A DNA stretch of 64,000 bases, from positions 67,447-131,446 of the forward strand of contig JAYQSV010000001.1 of the NCBI GenBank assembly GCA_038147085.1, in the 5' to 3' direction. This stretch comes from Candidatus Actinomarina sp. Its GTDB lineage: Bacteria > Actinomycetota > Acidimicrobiia > Actinomarinales > Actinomarinaceae. Below, in pieces: positions 36,710-45,454 of this stretch. Positions within the stretch are counted from its first letter, which is position 1. The number at the start of each line of letters is the position of its first letter. The position numbers and the translations under genes are program-made. The notes under the pieces are model-generated. The model did not search any database. It was not told the origin of the DNA and saw only the letters and a list, made by a program, of their open reading frames with translations.

Positions 36710-37276
36710 ATGTCACAACACAATTTTGAAAAATTTTATAGAAATTTCTCAAATGAACAAAAAAACGCTTTGTTGGAGACAATACAAACAGCTGAAAAAA
36801 TAGTTCCACAATCAAAAAGATGCATAGCTTGGGCTATGCCAACATTAATAATAGGAAGTGACTATTTATGTCATGTCCAAGGTTTTAAGAACCACAATAG
36901 TTTTTTTCCTTCATCTGGAAATATAACTAAATTATTTAAATCTGAACTCAGTAAATTTAAAGTATCAAATGGCACTATACAATTTGATAAAGATGTACCT
37001 TTTCCTAAATTATTAATGAAAAAAATATTATTAGCTCGAATAGATGAAATAAATAATACATACCCAAGAAAAAGCGGTCAATTCATTGAATATTACAAGA
37101 ATGGAGGAGTTAAATCTAAGGGACATTACAAAGATTCTAAAATGGACGGGTATTGGGAGTTTTATAGACTCGACGGTTCAATAATGAGGACGGGAACATT
37201 AATAAAAGGTGTACAGCATGGCGAATGGGCTACATTTGACAAATTGGGTAAATTAATAAAAAAAAGTATTTTTTAA
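36710..37276 (+). CDS. DUF1801-like domain fused to MORN/YwqK-type repeats
   Basis: 188 aa. The N-terminus has AWAMPTLIIGSDYLCHVQGFKNHNSFFP (DUF1801-like). The C-terminus has YYKNGGVKSKGHYKDSKMDGYWEFYRLDGSIMRTGTLIKGVQHGEW repeats. Confidence 0.5.
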   Translation: MSQHNFEKFYRNFSNEQKNALLETIQTAEKIVPQSKRCIAWAMPTLIIGSDYLCHVQGFKNHNSFFPSSGNITKLFKSELSKFKVSNGTIQFDKDVPFPKLLMKKILLARIDEINNTYPRKSGQFIEYYKNGGVKSKGHYKDSKMDGYWEFYRLDGSIMRTGTLIKGVQHGEWATFDKLGKLIKKSIF

Positions 37277-37329
37277 ACAAATATCAATTTGATTTACATT
37301 CTCTTTTGGTATATTAGGTAATCTTAATT

Positions 37330-37515
37330 ATGGACAAAAAAGATTTTGAGAATTTTTCAGAACAAGAATTAGAAGATCTCAGAGATTCTATTCAAGATGC
37401 GATTGAGAAGAAAAGGTTTAATAAAACCACTTCAAACATGAACACAAAAGGAGTTGCTATTGCTTGGATAATTTTAGCAATTTTAATTTCGCTATATAGA
37501 TATTTTGCAATGTAA
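37330..37515 (+). CDS. Small tail-anchored membrane protein (hypothetical)
   Basis: 61 aa with an acidic N-terminus and a C-terminal TM helix. Its stop overlaps the next ATG (TAATG). Confidence 0.35.
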   Translation: MDKKDFENFSEQELEDLRDSIQDAIEKKRFNKTTSNMNTKGVAIAWIILAILISLYRYFAM

Positions 37516-37745
37516 TGGAATACTTAATAGCATTATTTATCGGCGTATTCATTTTTCGATTTTTGAGAAATTCAATTTCTTCTCTTGCAAGTATCCCTCC
37601 AGAGATAGATACTGAAGATGTTGTTGAAACATCACAAGGATTTAAATGTAATGTGTGTGGAACAGAATTAACTATTAATAAATTATCAGTTGTTGCTAAT
37701 GAACCTCCAAAGCACTGCAAAGAGGAGATGGAACCGCTTGATTAA
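37515..37745 (+). CDS. Small membrane protein with a Cys-rich putative zinc-ribbon C-terminus
   Basis: 76 aa with an N-terminal TM helix, then CNVCGTEL...PPKHCKEEM. Translationally coupled to the upstream ORF. Confidence 0.4.
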   Translation: MEYLIALFIGVFIFRFLRNSISSLASIPPEIDTEDVVETSQGFKCNVCGTELTINKLSVVANEPPKHCKEEMEPLD

Positions 37746-37754
37746 TTTTTGATG

Positions 37755-38009
37755 TTACTTGTAGTTGGTGGTCATTAAAAAACCACCACCAATTAAAGCA
37801 AGCCCGCTCCATAAATACCATCTGGAGACAGATCCAGGTAAAAGAGTTAGATAATTAAGAACTATTAAAAGAACTCCTACAATCATTAGAGCTGACATAG
37901 TGACAACGTACCATTTTGGTGAAGGACCTTTTCCATCAGACATTTGATGAGATAGTTTTTTTGACTGTGTAGCTCTATTACTTTTTTTTCTTTTTTTTGA
38001 TTCAGGCAT
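37755..38009 (-). CDS. crgA: Cell division protein CrgA
   Basis: 84 aa. MPESKKRKKS...GPSPKWYV followed by two TM helices, the same architecture as actinobacterial CrgA. Confidence 0.85.
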   Translation of the reverse strand: MPESKKRKKSNRATQSKKLSHQMSDGKGPSPKWYVVTMSALMIVGVLLIVLNYLTLLPGSVSRWYLWSGLALIGGGFLMTTNYK

Positions 38010-38024
38010 ATTTTAAAGTTAGTA

Positions 38025-38873
38025 TCACTCAGAATTTATTGAAACTAGATTATTTTTATTAACATTTACTAAGCCATCTTTTTCAAGTCCAACTAATGCT
38101 TTATTCAGATTGCTTGTATTTGTATTTAGATTTTTTTTAATAACATTTTTATCAAGCATTGGCGTTTTAATCAAAAGATTTATAATTTGACCCCTAAGTT
38201 CTCTATTTGATCCTTGAAATTTCTCAACTCTTACTCTTTTTTCATTTGTAAAGTCTTTGCTACAGTGCATTTCAAGAGGACAAAAATTACACTGAGGATT
38301 TCTGCTTGAACAAATACTTGATCCCAAATCCATCAACGATTGGTTCAAATCTCTAGAAGAGATATTTTTAAATAAAACTTCTTCAAATTGATTTTTAGAA
38401 TATTTATCTAATTCAGACCCAAAAAATCTTTTGAGTATTCGATTAAGATTTATGTCTCTTGTTAAAACTTTTTCATCATAAACAAATGAGAGCAAAGCAT
38501 TTTTAGTATATTCCCCAACTCCTGGAAGTTTTTGAAAATTTGGATAAATTTTATCAAAACCTAGCTCATTAATTATTTTTGAAGCTTCGAATAACCTTTT
38601 TGCTCTATTGTTGTATCCAAGTCCTGACCATAGCTTTTGCACTTCTATATATTTGGATGTAGCCATATGTTTTGGTGTTGGGAAAGCTTTGATAAACTTT
38701 TTATAATATTTGTCAGCTCTTTCTATTTGAGTTTGTTGAGCAATTACTTCTATTAGTAGAATCTTCCAGGGATTTTTAGTATTTCTCCAGTTAAATTCTC
38801 TCTTATTTGATTTATACCAAGTGAGAACCGCTTTCTTGAAGAAGCTGGTTTTATCCTCCAAATGTGAGCTCAA
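38025..38873 (-). CDS. mutY: MutY-family adenine DNA glycosylase (short form, no NUDIX-like C-terminal domain)
   Basis: HhH-GPD core with WSGLGYNNRAKRL, LPGVGEYTKNA and an Fe-S loop CSSRNPQCNFCPLEMHC. Only 282 aa. Confidence 0.8.
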   Translation of the reverse strand: MSSHLEDKTSFFKKAVLTWYKSNKREFNWRNTKNPWKILLIEVIAQQTQIERADKYYKKFIKAFPTPKHMATSKYIEVQKLWSGLGYNNRAKRLFEASKIINELGFDKIYPNFQKLPGVGEYTKNALLSFVYDEKVLTRDINLNRILKRFFGSELDKYSKNQFEEVLFKNISSRDLNQSLMDLGSSICSSRNPQCNFCPLEMHCSKDFTNEKRVRVEKFQGSNRELRGQIINLLIKTPMLDKNVIKKNLNTNTSNLNKALVGLEKDGLVNVNKNNLVSINSE

Positions 38874-40620
38874 CGAAACCTTCTGGATCTAAGAATTCTC
38901 CTTCTTTAGGGCTTTGATCACTAACACGACCCCCTGTATCACCACTTGCAGAAGGCAATAAACCGACTTCTTGTAATATATTAGAAGCTTCTTGGTATGT
39001 GAAACCTATAACATTTGGAACTTCTACTTTTAATCCCAGCGAAACAATAACTTGGATTACCTGGTCTAATGTCACAATTTCACCTTGACCTGGCAAAGTA
39101 TGCGAAACCAAACCAACATCTACATTTTCTGAATACTCTTCAATAATTTCATATTCAAACCCAAGTGTTTCTAGAATTTGAATCGCATCTTCAGGTGATT
39201 TTCTAGACAGATCACTAATCACAATTAAGCTCGGACCTGCAGAAATAACCAAATCAACGGTTGATGAAGGACCCATTTTTGTTCCAGCAACAGGATTTTG
39301 TGAAATAACAAAACCTCTTGGTACTGTGTCATCATTTACTTCAAGTGTTTGCCCAATTGTAAAGCCACTTTCTTCAATAACATATATAGCTCTTTCAGTT
39401 TCTAAATCTAAAACATAAGGTATTGGGAATGCCTCTGGGCCAACAGAAACAATTATTGTTACGAGAGTATCTGGATTCGTTACAGTATTTGCAGGTGGTT
39501 GTGTTCTTATTACTGCTCCAGCAGGTACAACTGGGTCTGCAGCATTTTCAATTCCTACTCTAAATCCTAAGTTTTGAAGATCTAATAATGCTTGAGCTTG
39601 CTCACTACCTGTTAAGTCAGGAATCTCAACAACAGTAGGAGCTCCTCCATCAGCTGGCAAACCATCAAACACTCTTCCTAAGGTCCAAATTGTTCCAGCA
39701 ACAAGTGCAATTGAGATTAATAATGCAGGTAAAGTAAATCTAAGTTTTATTTTAGGGTTTGTTAAATCTACAAGGTTTTCTCTTGTTTGTTCGGCTTGAA
39801 GATTTTTTCTTTGTTGAAGTAATGTTGCTCTTAAATCTTCAGCAGATCTGTATCTATCGTATGTTGCTTTTTCAAGTAGTTTCATTACAGCATTTTCAAC
39901 TCCCTTAGGGAGATCTCTTCTAAAAGTAGATAGTTTTTCAGGTTTGTCGGTCAAATGTTTCGTGGCTGTAGCAATTGGAGAGTCTCCAGAAAATGGAGGT
40001 CTACCAGCAATTAATTCATATAAGACAGTTCCAAGTGAATAGAGGTCAGACTCAATTGATACGGGTTTTCCTTGGGCTTGTTCAGGAGAAATATAACTTG
40101 CTGTTCCAAGAATTGAGCCAGTCTTAGTTATATCACTTTCTTCATTCTGAAGTGATACAATTCCGAAATCTGTAACTTTAACTTTCCCATCAGGAGTAAT
40201 CATTATATTTCCAGGTTTTATATCTCTATGAACGAGTCCTTTCATATGTGCTGCATGAAGACCACTAGAGACTTGTGAACCAATAAACAAAATATCACTC
40301 AAACTAATAGTTCTGTTCTTTGAAATAATTGAAGTTAAAGTATTGCCTTCAATATATTCCATAACAAAATAAGGTTCTTCATCAATACCCCAATCAAATA
40401 TTTGAACAATATTAGGATGATTTAAATTAGCTGCTGTTTGAGCTTCTCTTCTAAAACGCTCAACAAATGTGTTTTGATTTACATAATTTGGTTTAAGAGT
40501 TTTTATTGCAACAAAACGTTCAAGTTGTGTATCTCTGGCTTTGTAAACAAACGCCATCCCACCTTCACCAAGGATTTCTAGTATCTCGTATCTTTCTTTA
40601 ACTATTTGTCCAATTTTCAT
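38851..40620 (-). CDS. pknB: Ser/Thr protein kinase PknB with C-terminal PASTA repeats
   Basis: Kinase motifs GEGGMAFVYKA, HRDIKPGNIM, DFG and SPEQ, then one TM helix and about four PASTA-like repeats. Confidence 0.92.
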   Translation of the reverse strand: MKIGQIVKERYEILEILGEGGMAFVYKARDTQLERFVAIKTLKPNYVNQNTFVERFRREAQTAANLNHPNIVQIFDWGIDEEPYFVMEYIEGNTLTSIISKNRTISLSDILFIGSQVSSGLHAAHMKGLVHRDIKPGNIMITPDGKVKVTDFGIVSLQNEESDITKTGSILGTASYISPEQAQGKPVSIESDLYSLGTVLYELIAGRPPFSGDSPIATATKHLTDKPEKLSTFRRDLPKGVENAVMKLLEKATYDRYRSAEDLRATLLQQRKNLQAEQTRENLVDLTNPKIKLRFTLPALLISIALVAGTIWTLGRVFDGLPADGGAPTVVEIPDLTGSEQAQALLDLQNLGFRVGIENAADPVVPAGAVIRTQPPANTVTNPDTLVTIIVSVGPEAFPIPYVLDLETERAIYVIEESGFTIGQTLEVNDDTVPRGFVISQNPVAGTKMGPSSTVDLVISAGPSLIVISDLSRKSPEDAIQILETLGFEYEIIEEYSENVDVGLVSHTLPGQGEIVTLDQVIQVIVSLGLKVEVPNVIGFTYQEASNILQEVGLLPSASGDTGGRVSDQSPKEGEFLDPEGFVELTFGG

Positions 40621-40622
40621 TG

Positions 40623-41276
40623 TTAAACCACATTAATAATAATTGCTGATACATTATCTTTTGGTTGTTGTAACAATACTTCACTAATTAAAGTATCAGC
40701 ACTTATTCCTTCTAAAAGTTTCTTTTTTAAATACTCTTCTCCAAACTCATTGTATAAACCATCAGTGCATAAAAGCACTACACATCCTTTACTTAATTTA
40801 AAGTCTTTTCTTTGTACATCTAATTTCTTGGTAGTACCTAGAGCTTGAAGTAGTACATTTTGAAAACCTGGAACATTTTCATCATCAGTTAATTGAATTA
40901 GCTGCCGATTGGAGAGTACATAACACCTAGAGTCTCCAACATGTGCAATATTTAAAACACCATCATTATCAATTTCAACAGCTGTCATCGTTGTGCCCAT
41001 GCCTTCAGAATCAGCATTATTTTTTTGGGAAAAAATAATTTCTTCATTAGCTTTGTTTACGTAATCTTCAATATTTTCTAAATCTAGTTTCATTACACTA
41101 GCTGCTATTGAACTAGCTACTTCACCTTTTTTATGTCCACCCATTCCATCAAACACTCCAGCTTTAAACGGGGTTTTTCCACTTCCTGATTTATTTGGAT
41201 AAACAGAGTCTTCATTTTTTTTACGTTTTGGCCCACATTCACTCTTTACTGACCAAACTAATTTAAAGTTATTCAT
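40623..41276 (-). CDS. PP2C-family Ser/Thr phosphatase (soluble, short)
   Basis: 217 aa with EDS, GVFDGMGGH, GTTMTAV and HVGDSR motifs. Immediately upstream of pknB. Confidence 0.85.
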   Translation of the reverse strand: MNNFKLVWSVKSECGPKRKKNEDSVYPNKSGSGKTPFKAGVFDGMGGHKKGEVASSIAASVMKLDLENIEDYVNKANEEIIFSQKNNADSEGMGTTMTAVEIDNDGVLNIAHVGDSRCYVLSNRQLIQLTDDENVPGFQNVLLQALGTTKKLDVQRKDFKLSKGCVVLLCTDGLYNEFGEEYLKKKLLEGISADTLISEVLLQQPKDNVSAIIINVV

Positions 41277-41340
41277 TCAACAATAATCTTAGTTGTGAAA
41301 TGTATTTGTTTTCTTAGACTATATAAAGAACTAAAATATT

Positions 41341-41423
41341 GGGCGGGTGGTGAAACTGGCAGACACGCAGGATTCAGGTTTCTGTGAGCATTGCTCGTGA
41401 GGGTTCGAATCCCTCCTCGCCCA
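41341..41423 (+). tRNA. tRNA-Leu (CAG)
   Basis: GGGCGGGTGGTGAAACTGGCAGACACGCAGGATTCAGGTTTCTG...GAGGGTTCGAATCCCTCCTCGCCCA. Has a long variable arm and anticodon loop TTCAGGT. Confidence 0.93.
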
Positions 41424-41433
41424 CGGTAGAAAT

Positions 41434-42414
41434 ATGAGAAAAACTTTAAGTTACTTTTTGATTGCAGCTCTAGCCGGAATAGGGTCTGTTTTTGTATTTA
41501 ATTATTATCAAAATTTTACAAAGCAGCAAGAATATAATAACTTTCTTGAAAAAGCTGGATTGGTTTCTGCACTTCATTACGAAGCTGCTGATAAATTCAA
41601 AACAGTTTTAGATTTTTCTGAAGTCAGCAGAGAAGATTTTGAATCAACATTAGATCAAATAATTACAAGTTCAAAAGAAGCATATAATATTACAAATAAT
41701 ATTGACTCAAAGACTACCTCAAGAGAACAAGAGCTTTTAGATATAGCAACAACCCACTGGCTTAAAGGCATCGAGTTGTTCGACGTCTCAATAATTTCAT
41801 TAATTGATAATCCAAACTCTGAAAAAATTCAAGAATCTATAGCTCAGAGTATTGCAGACTTTTCTATTGGAGATAGGGCATACGACGAATTTTTATTTTT
41901 AATTAAGCAAAACTCTTCTAATGAAGGAACTTTTTTACCAGTTTTATACACAATTGAGTATGTAGGAATAGAAGATAATTCGTATAGGTTTGCTGACTTA
42001 CTTGTTGATAAAGCACAGTCAGGCTCAGGTGGATTATTTTTAAGACAAAACTTAGCTATATCTGGTGCTGAGTTTAAGCCAAACCAACTTGCACAAACAG
42101 AAGAAGGTTATTCAGTTTTACAAAATGATAAAGTCGAACTGCAAATTGTACTGACCAATGAAGGTAACGTAGATGCATATGATGTAGTTATTTTGGTGCT
42201 TGTTACAGATGAATTTGGCGATACTGTACATGAGCAACAAGCAAAAATAAACTCAATTGGACCACAAGAGAGTAGAATTTTTTATAGTGATGCTATTGAC
42301 ATTGAACCCGGTGTTGTACATGAGTGGTTTATAAAGTTAGAAGAATTGGAAAAGGAAGAAAACCTAAATGACAATTTATTTCAAGTATTTGGTTTTATTC
42401 CACCTGAAAGTTAA
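41434..42414 (+). CDS. Membrane-anchored hypothetical protein
   Basis: 326 aa with an N-terminal TM helix. I do not recognise a family. Confidence 0.5.
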   Translation: MRKTLSYFLIAALAGIGSVFVFNYYQNFTKQQEYNNFLEKAGLVSALHYEAADKFKTVLDFSEVSREDFESTLDQIITSSKEAYNITNNIDSKTTSREQELLDIATTHWLKGIELFDVSIISLIDNPNSEKIQESIAQSIADFSIGDRAYDEFLFLIKQNSSNEGTFLPVLYTIEYVGIEDNSYRFADLLVDKAQSGSGGLFLRQNLAISGAEFKPNQLAQTEEGYSVLQNDKVELQIVLTNEGNVDAYDVVILVLVTDEFGDTVHEQQAKINSIGPQESRIFYSDAIDIEPGVVHEWFIKLEELEKEENLNDNLFQVFGFIPPES

Positions 42415-42416
42415 AT

Positions 42417-43667
42417 ATGTTAGACCCTAATTTACTTAAAGAAAATAAAGAACTTTTAGAGCTTAGTTTATCAAAGCGAAATAAAGTTATTGACTTGACT
42501 CACTTGGAGAAACTAAATGAAGAAAGAAAGTCAATCAGATTTGAAGCTGAGCAAAAAAGGGCTGAACAAAAAGAGATTGGAAAACTAATTGCAGCTGCCT
42601 CTTCTGAAGAAAAAGAAAAGTTGTTAGAAAAAGCAGCAGCATTAAGTGAAACTGTTAAGTTACTTTTTGACCAAGTTGAAGAAAAAGATAAGAATTTTTT
42701 TGACGAATGGATAAAACTTCCAAATATAATATCTGATACTTCTCCTGTCGGTTTGACGGATGAAGATAATTTAGAAATTAAAAAAGTTGGTGATATCAAA
42801 AATATAGTTAATCCAAAAGATCATTTAGAAATAGCTGAAAGCTTTGGTTTAATTGATGTTCAGAAAGCAGCTGAAGTTTCTGGTTCAAGGTTTTCATATT
42901 TATTTGGAGATTTAGTAAAGATTGAATTTAACTTAGTAAGTTGGGCGTTAAATAAATTATCCGATAAAGGATTTACTCCAACTGTACCTCCAGTTTTAGT
43001 TAGAGAAAAAGCATTATATGGTACTGGGTTCTTTCCTGATGATGCTGAGCAAGTTTATGAGATTCCAAGTGATGATTTATATTTAGTAGGAACATCAGAA
43101 GTTCCACTAGCTGCTTTAAAATCTGATGAAATATTATCAATTGAAAACCTTCCAATTCGATATGCTGGATTTTCAACTTGCTTTAGAAGAGAAGCAGGTA
43201 CTTACGGTAAAGATACCACAGGTATTTTTAGAGTTCACCAATTTGATAAAGTAGAGATGTTTTCATTTTGTGATCCTGAAAAATCAAAAGATGAACATGA
43301 GTACATTTTGTCTGTCGAAGAAGAAATATTACAAGAATTAGAAATACCTTACAGGGTTGTAGATGTATGTTCTGGAGACTTAGGTGCTTCAGCAGCTAAA
43401 AAATATGACATTGAAGCTTGGATACCAAGTCAAAACACATATAGAGAAGTTACTTCATGCTCGAATACAACTGATTATCAAGCAAGGAGATTAAACATCC
43501 GTTCTAAAAAAGATGGAAGTACTCAAATTATTCACACACTTAATGGAACTGCTATAGCTGTTGGCAGAATTCTTATTGCATTAATTGAAAACAACCAACA
43601 AGAAGATGGAACAGTTAAGTTTTCTGATGAACTTTCAAAGATTTTAGGTGTTGAAAAATTAAGCTAA
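42417..43667 (+). CDS. serS: Seryl-tRNA synthetase
   Basis: 416 aa with an N-terminal coiled-coil arm and class II motifs (FRREAG, RVHQFDKVE, GTAIAVGR). Confidence 0.95.
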   Translation: MLDPNLLKENKELLELSLSKRNKVIDLTHLEKLNEERKSIRFEAEQKRAEQKEIGKLIAAASSEEKEKLLEKAAALSETVKLLFDQVEEKDKNFFDEWIKLPNIISDTSPVGLTDEDNLEIKKVGDIKNIVNPKDHLEIAESFGLIDVQKAAEVSGSRFSYLFGDLVKIEFNLVSWALNKLSDKGFTPTVPPVLVREKALYGTGFFPDDAEQVYEIPSDDLYLVGTSEVPLAALKSDEILSIENLPIRYAGFSTCFRREAGTYGKDTTGIFRVHQFDKVEMFSFCDPEKSKDEHEYILSVEEEILQELEIPYRVVDVCSGDLGASAAKKYDIEAWIPSQNTYREVTSCSNTTDYQARRLNIRSKKDGSTQIIHTLNGTAIAVGRILIALIENNQQEDGTVKFSDELSKILGVEKLS

Positions 43668-44207
43668 GAGCAAGCTAGCTACCATACTTAGACCTAAAGA
43701 AACATAGATTACTCTTGCTAAAAGTGCACTTTTTTTAAGTGTATTTTGTAAGCTCTCACCTAAAAAAAGCCAAGCTCCTACACAAAATGGTAATACAGCA
43801 AAATAAATTAGAGCCCCCTGGTTGCTTGTGATATTAAAGGCAGTTAAACCTGATACTGCCATTACTACTCCTTTAGGGTTTATCCATTGAAATAAACAAG
43901 CTTGAATGAAAGTAAATGGTTTTTCAACAGATTCTTTAGTGATTGTTGTTGATGAAGTAGCAACTTTAAACGCAATATAAGTAATTACTGCATATCCAAC
44001 ATATTGTAAGTAGTCGAAAATTTTTACAGGAACTAAAGATAAAGCAAAGCCACCAACAAAAAATAAAAATGTAAATCCCAACCATATACCCAAAAAATGA
44101 GGGATAGAAGCTTTCCTACCAAATTTGAGTGAAGAAGCCATCAACATGGAGTTATTTGGTCCAGGTGTTATAGCAGTAACAAAAGCGAAGATAAAAAACT
44201 CAAACAT
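43659..44207 (-). CDS. LysE/RhtB-family amino-acid exporter
   Basis: 182 aa. The N-terminus ITPGPNN is typical of the LysE family. Polytopic. Confidence 0.8.
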   Translation of the reverse strand: MFEFFIFAFVTAITPGPNNSMLMASSLKFGRKASIPHFLGIWLGFTFLFFVGGFALSLVPVKIFDYLQYVGYAVITYIAFKVATSSTTITKESVEKPFTFIQACLFQWINPKGVVMAVSGLTAFNITSNQGALIYFAVLPFCVGAWLFLGESLQNTLKKSALLARVIYVSLGLSMVASLLLA

Positions 44208-44240
44208 TCGGCAAGTCTAGTAGTTTATAAAATTAAGTAG

Positions 44241-44328
44241 CGGAGAGGGTGGGATTCGAACCCACGGAGCCAAAAAGACTCACGACATTTCGAGTGTCGC
44301 GCACTAGACCGGACTATGCGACCTCTCC
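44241..44328 (-). tRNA. tRNA-Ser (CGA)
   Basis: Reverse complement GGAGAGGTCGCATAGTCCGGTCTAGTGCGCGACACTCGAAATGTCGTGAGTCTTTTTGGCTCCGTGGGTTCGAATCCCACCCTCTCCG. Long variable arm, anticodon CGA. Confidence 0.93.
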
Positions 44329-44335
44329 GAGTAAT

Positions 44336-44803
44336 ATGAATATTATGAAGTATAAGTCTGATGAAGAAAAGATGGAAGTTGCGTTAGAGGAATCTAAAAA
44401 AGCACTCCTTTTAAATGAGATACCAGTCGGTGCTGCAATTTTTGACGAACATGACGAACTTATTTGTTCTAATCACAACAGAAGAGAAGTTGACCAGAAT
44501 CCAGTGGCTCATGCAGAAATTTTAGTTTTACAAGAAGCTGCAAAGAAATTAGGAACTTGGAGATTAGAGGGAACAACTCTTGCTGTTACACTTGAACCAG
44601 ACTCAATGTGTGCAGGAGCTATAGTTTTATCAAGAATTAAAACATTAATTTATGCAGCTCCAAATCTTAAAGCTGGTGCAGCATATTCATTATATAATAT
44701 TCCACAAGACCCTCGCTTGAATCATTTTGTTGAGATAAAAGATAATATTCTTACCCATGAATCTGAAGCTATATTATCCTCTTTCTTTGATAGTAAGAGA
44801 TAG
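44336..44803 (+). CDS. tadA: tRNA-specific adenosine deaminase TadA homolog (start moved to ATG 44336)
   Basis: HAEILVLQEA zinc/catalytic motif and TLEPDSMCAGAIVLSRI. The ORF-track start at 44249 lies inside the antisense tRNA-Ser gene. Confidence 0.85.
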   Translation: MNIMKYKSDEEKMEVALEESKKALLLNEIPVGAAIFDEHDELICSNHNRREVDQNPVAHAEILVLQEAAKKLGTWRLEGTTLAVTLEPDSMCAGAIVLSRIKTLIYAAPNLKAGAAYSLYNIPQDPRLNHFVEIKDNILTHESEAILSSFFDSKR

Positions 44804-44828
44804 CTACAATAGAATCTCAGACTTATAC

Positions 44829-44917
44829 GGAGGGATCGCATAGTCTGGCCTAGTGCGCACGCTTGGAAAGCGTGTAAGGGTTCATCCCCTTCGAGGGTTC
44901 GAATCCCTCTCCCTCCG
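44829..44917 (+). tRNA. tRNA-Ser (GGA)
   Basis: GGAGGGATCGCATAGTCTGGCCTAGTGCGCACGCTTGGAAAGCGTG...GAGGGTTCGAATCCCTCTCCCTCCG. Anticodon loop TTGGAAA. Confidence 0.93.
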
Positions 44918-44930
44918 CACAAGACCATCT

Positions 44931-45016
44931 GGAGGGATGGCCGAGCGGACGAAGGCGTTAGTCTTGAAAACTAATGTATGTATTCCATACCGTGGGTTCG
45001 AATCCCACTCCCTCCG
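44931..45016 (+). tRNA. tRNA-Ser (UGA), CCA encoded
   Basis: GGAGGGATGGCCGAGCGGACGAAGGCGTTAGTCTTGAAAACTAA...GTGGGTTCGAATCCCACTCCCTCCG followed by CCA. Anticodon TGA. Confidence 0.93.
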
Positions 45017-45023
45017 CCAGCTT

Positions 45024-45110
45024 GGAGAGGTGACTGAGTGGCCTAAAGTGCTCGCCTGCTAAGCGAGTGGGGAAGCAATTCCCTCGAGGGTTCGAATCCC
45101 TCCCTCTCCG
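45024..45110 (+). tRNA. tRNA-Ser (GCU), CCA encoded
   Basis: GGAGAGGTGACTGAGTGGCCTAAAGTGCTCGCCTGCTAAGCGAG...GAGGGTTCGAATCCCTCCCTCTCCG followed by CCA. Anticodon GCT. Confidence 0.93.
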
Positions 45111-45114
45111 CCAT

Positions 45115-45188
45115 GCGCCCGTAGCTTAATTGGATAGAGCATCTGACTACGGATCAGAAGGTTGGGGGTTCGACTCCCTCCGGGCGTG
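45115..45188 (+). tRNA. tRNA-Arg (ACG)
   Basis: GCGCCCGTAGCTTAATTGGATAGAGCATCTGACTACGGATCAGAAGGTTGGGGGTTCGACTCCCTCCGGGCGTG. Anticodon loop CTACGGA. Starts 4 nt after the previous tRNA. Confidence 0.93.
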
Positions 45189-45222
45189 CTCTAAAACCAA
45201 TGTTGTAAGTTATAATAAAAAT

Positions 45223-45435
45223 ATGAAAGTATGGACATTAATTTTCATTATTATTTTCTTCAATTGTGGTGGAGATTACCTAGTGCACAACAAAGACGGG
45301 TTTCATGGAAATATTTTTGAGGATGAACAGAAGAGTGATATCGATATTTATGAGGGAGTAAAAATCATAAATAAAAATCAAGTCAAGAAGAAATCTATAA
45401 GTAACGGTGGTTCTGTTTTTAACTTTGGACCCTAA
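45223..45435 (+). CDS. Small lipoprotein (hypothetical; start moved to ATG 45223)
   Basis: MKVWTLIFIIIFFNCGGD gives a signal peptide plus lipobox. The ORF-track start at 45130 lies inside tRNA-Arg. Confidence 0.4.
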   Translation: MKVWTLIFIIIFFNCGGDYLVHNKDGFHGNIFEDEQKSDIDIYEGVKIINKNQVKKKSISNGGSVFNFGP

Positions 45436-45454
45436 TTAATTTATATAAAATTTA

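Noticed and set aside
44249-45222. ORF-track extensions and ORFs overlapping tRNA genes (44249 start of tadA, 44722..44928, 44853..45062, 45130 start)
   Set aside because: These stretches are explained by five cloverleaf tRNA genes. The peptides such as GFEPTEP/GFESLSL are translations of T-arm sequences. The tadA and lipoprotein starts were moved to the first ATG outside the tRNAs.
36300-45250. Integrative element, prophage or genomic island next to the tRNA genes
   Set aside because: There is no integrase, recombinase or transposase, and I saw no direct repeat of tRNA 3' ends. The flanking genes are housekeeping.
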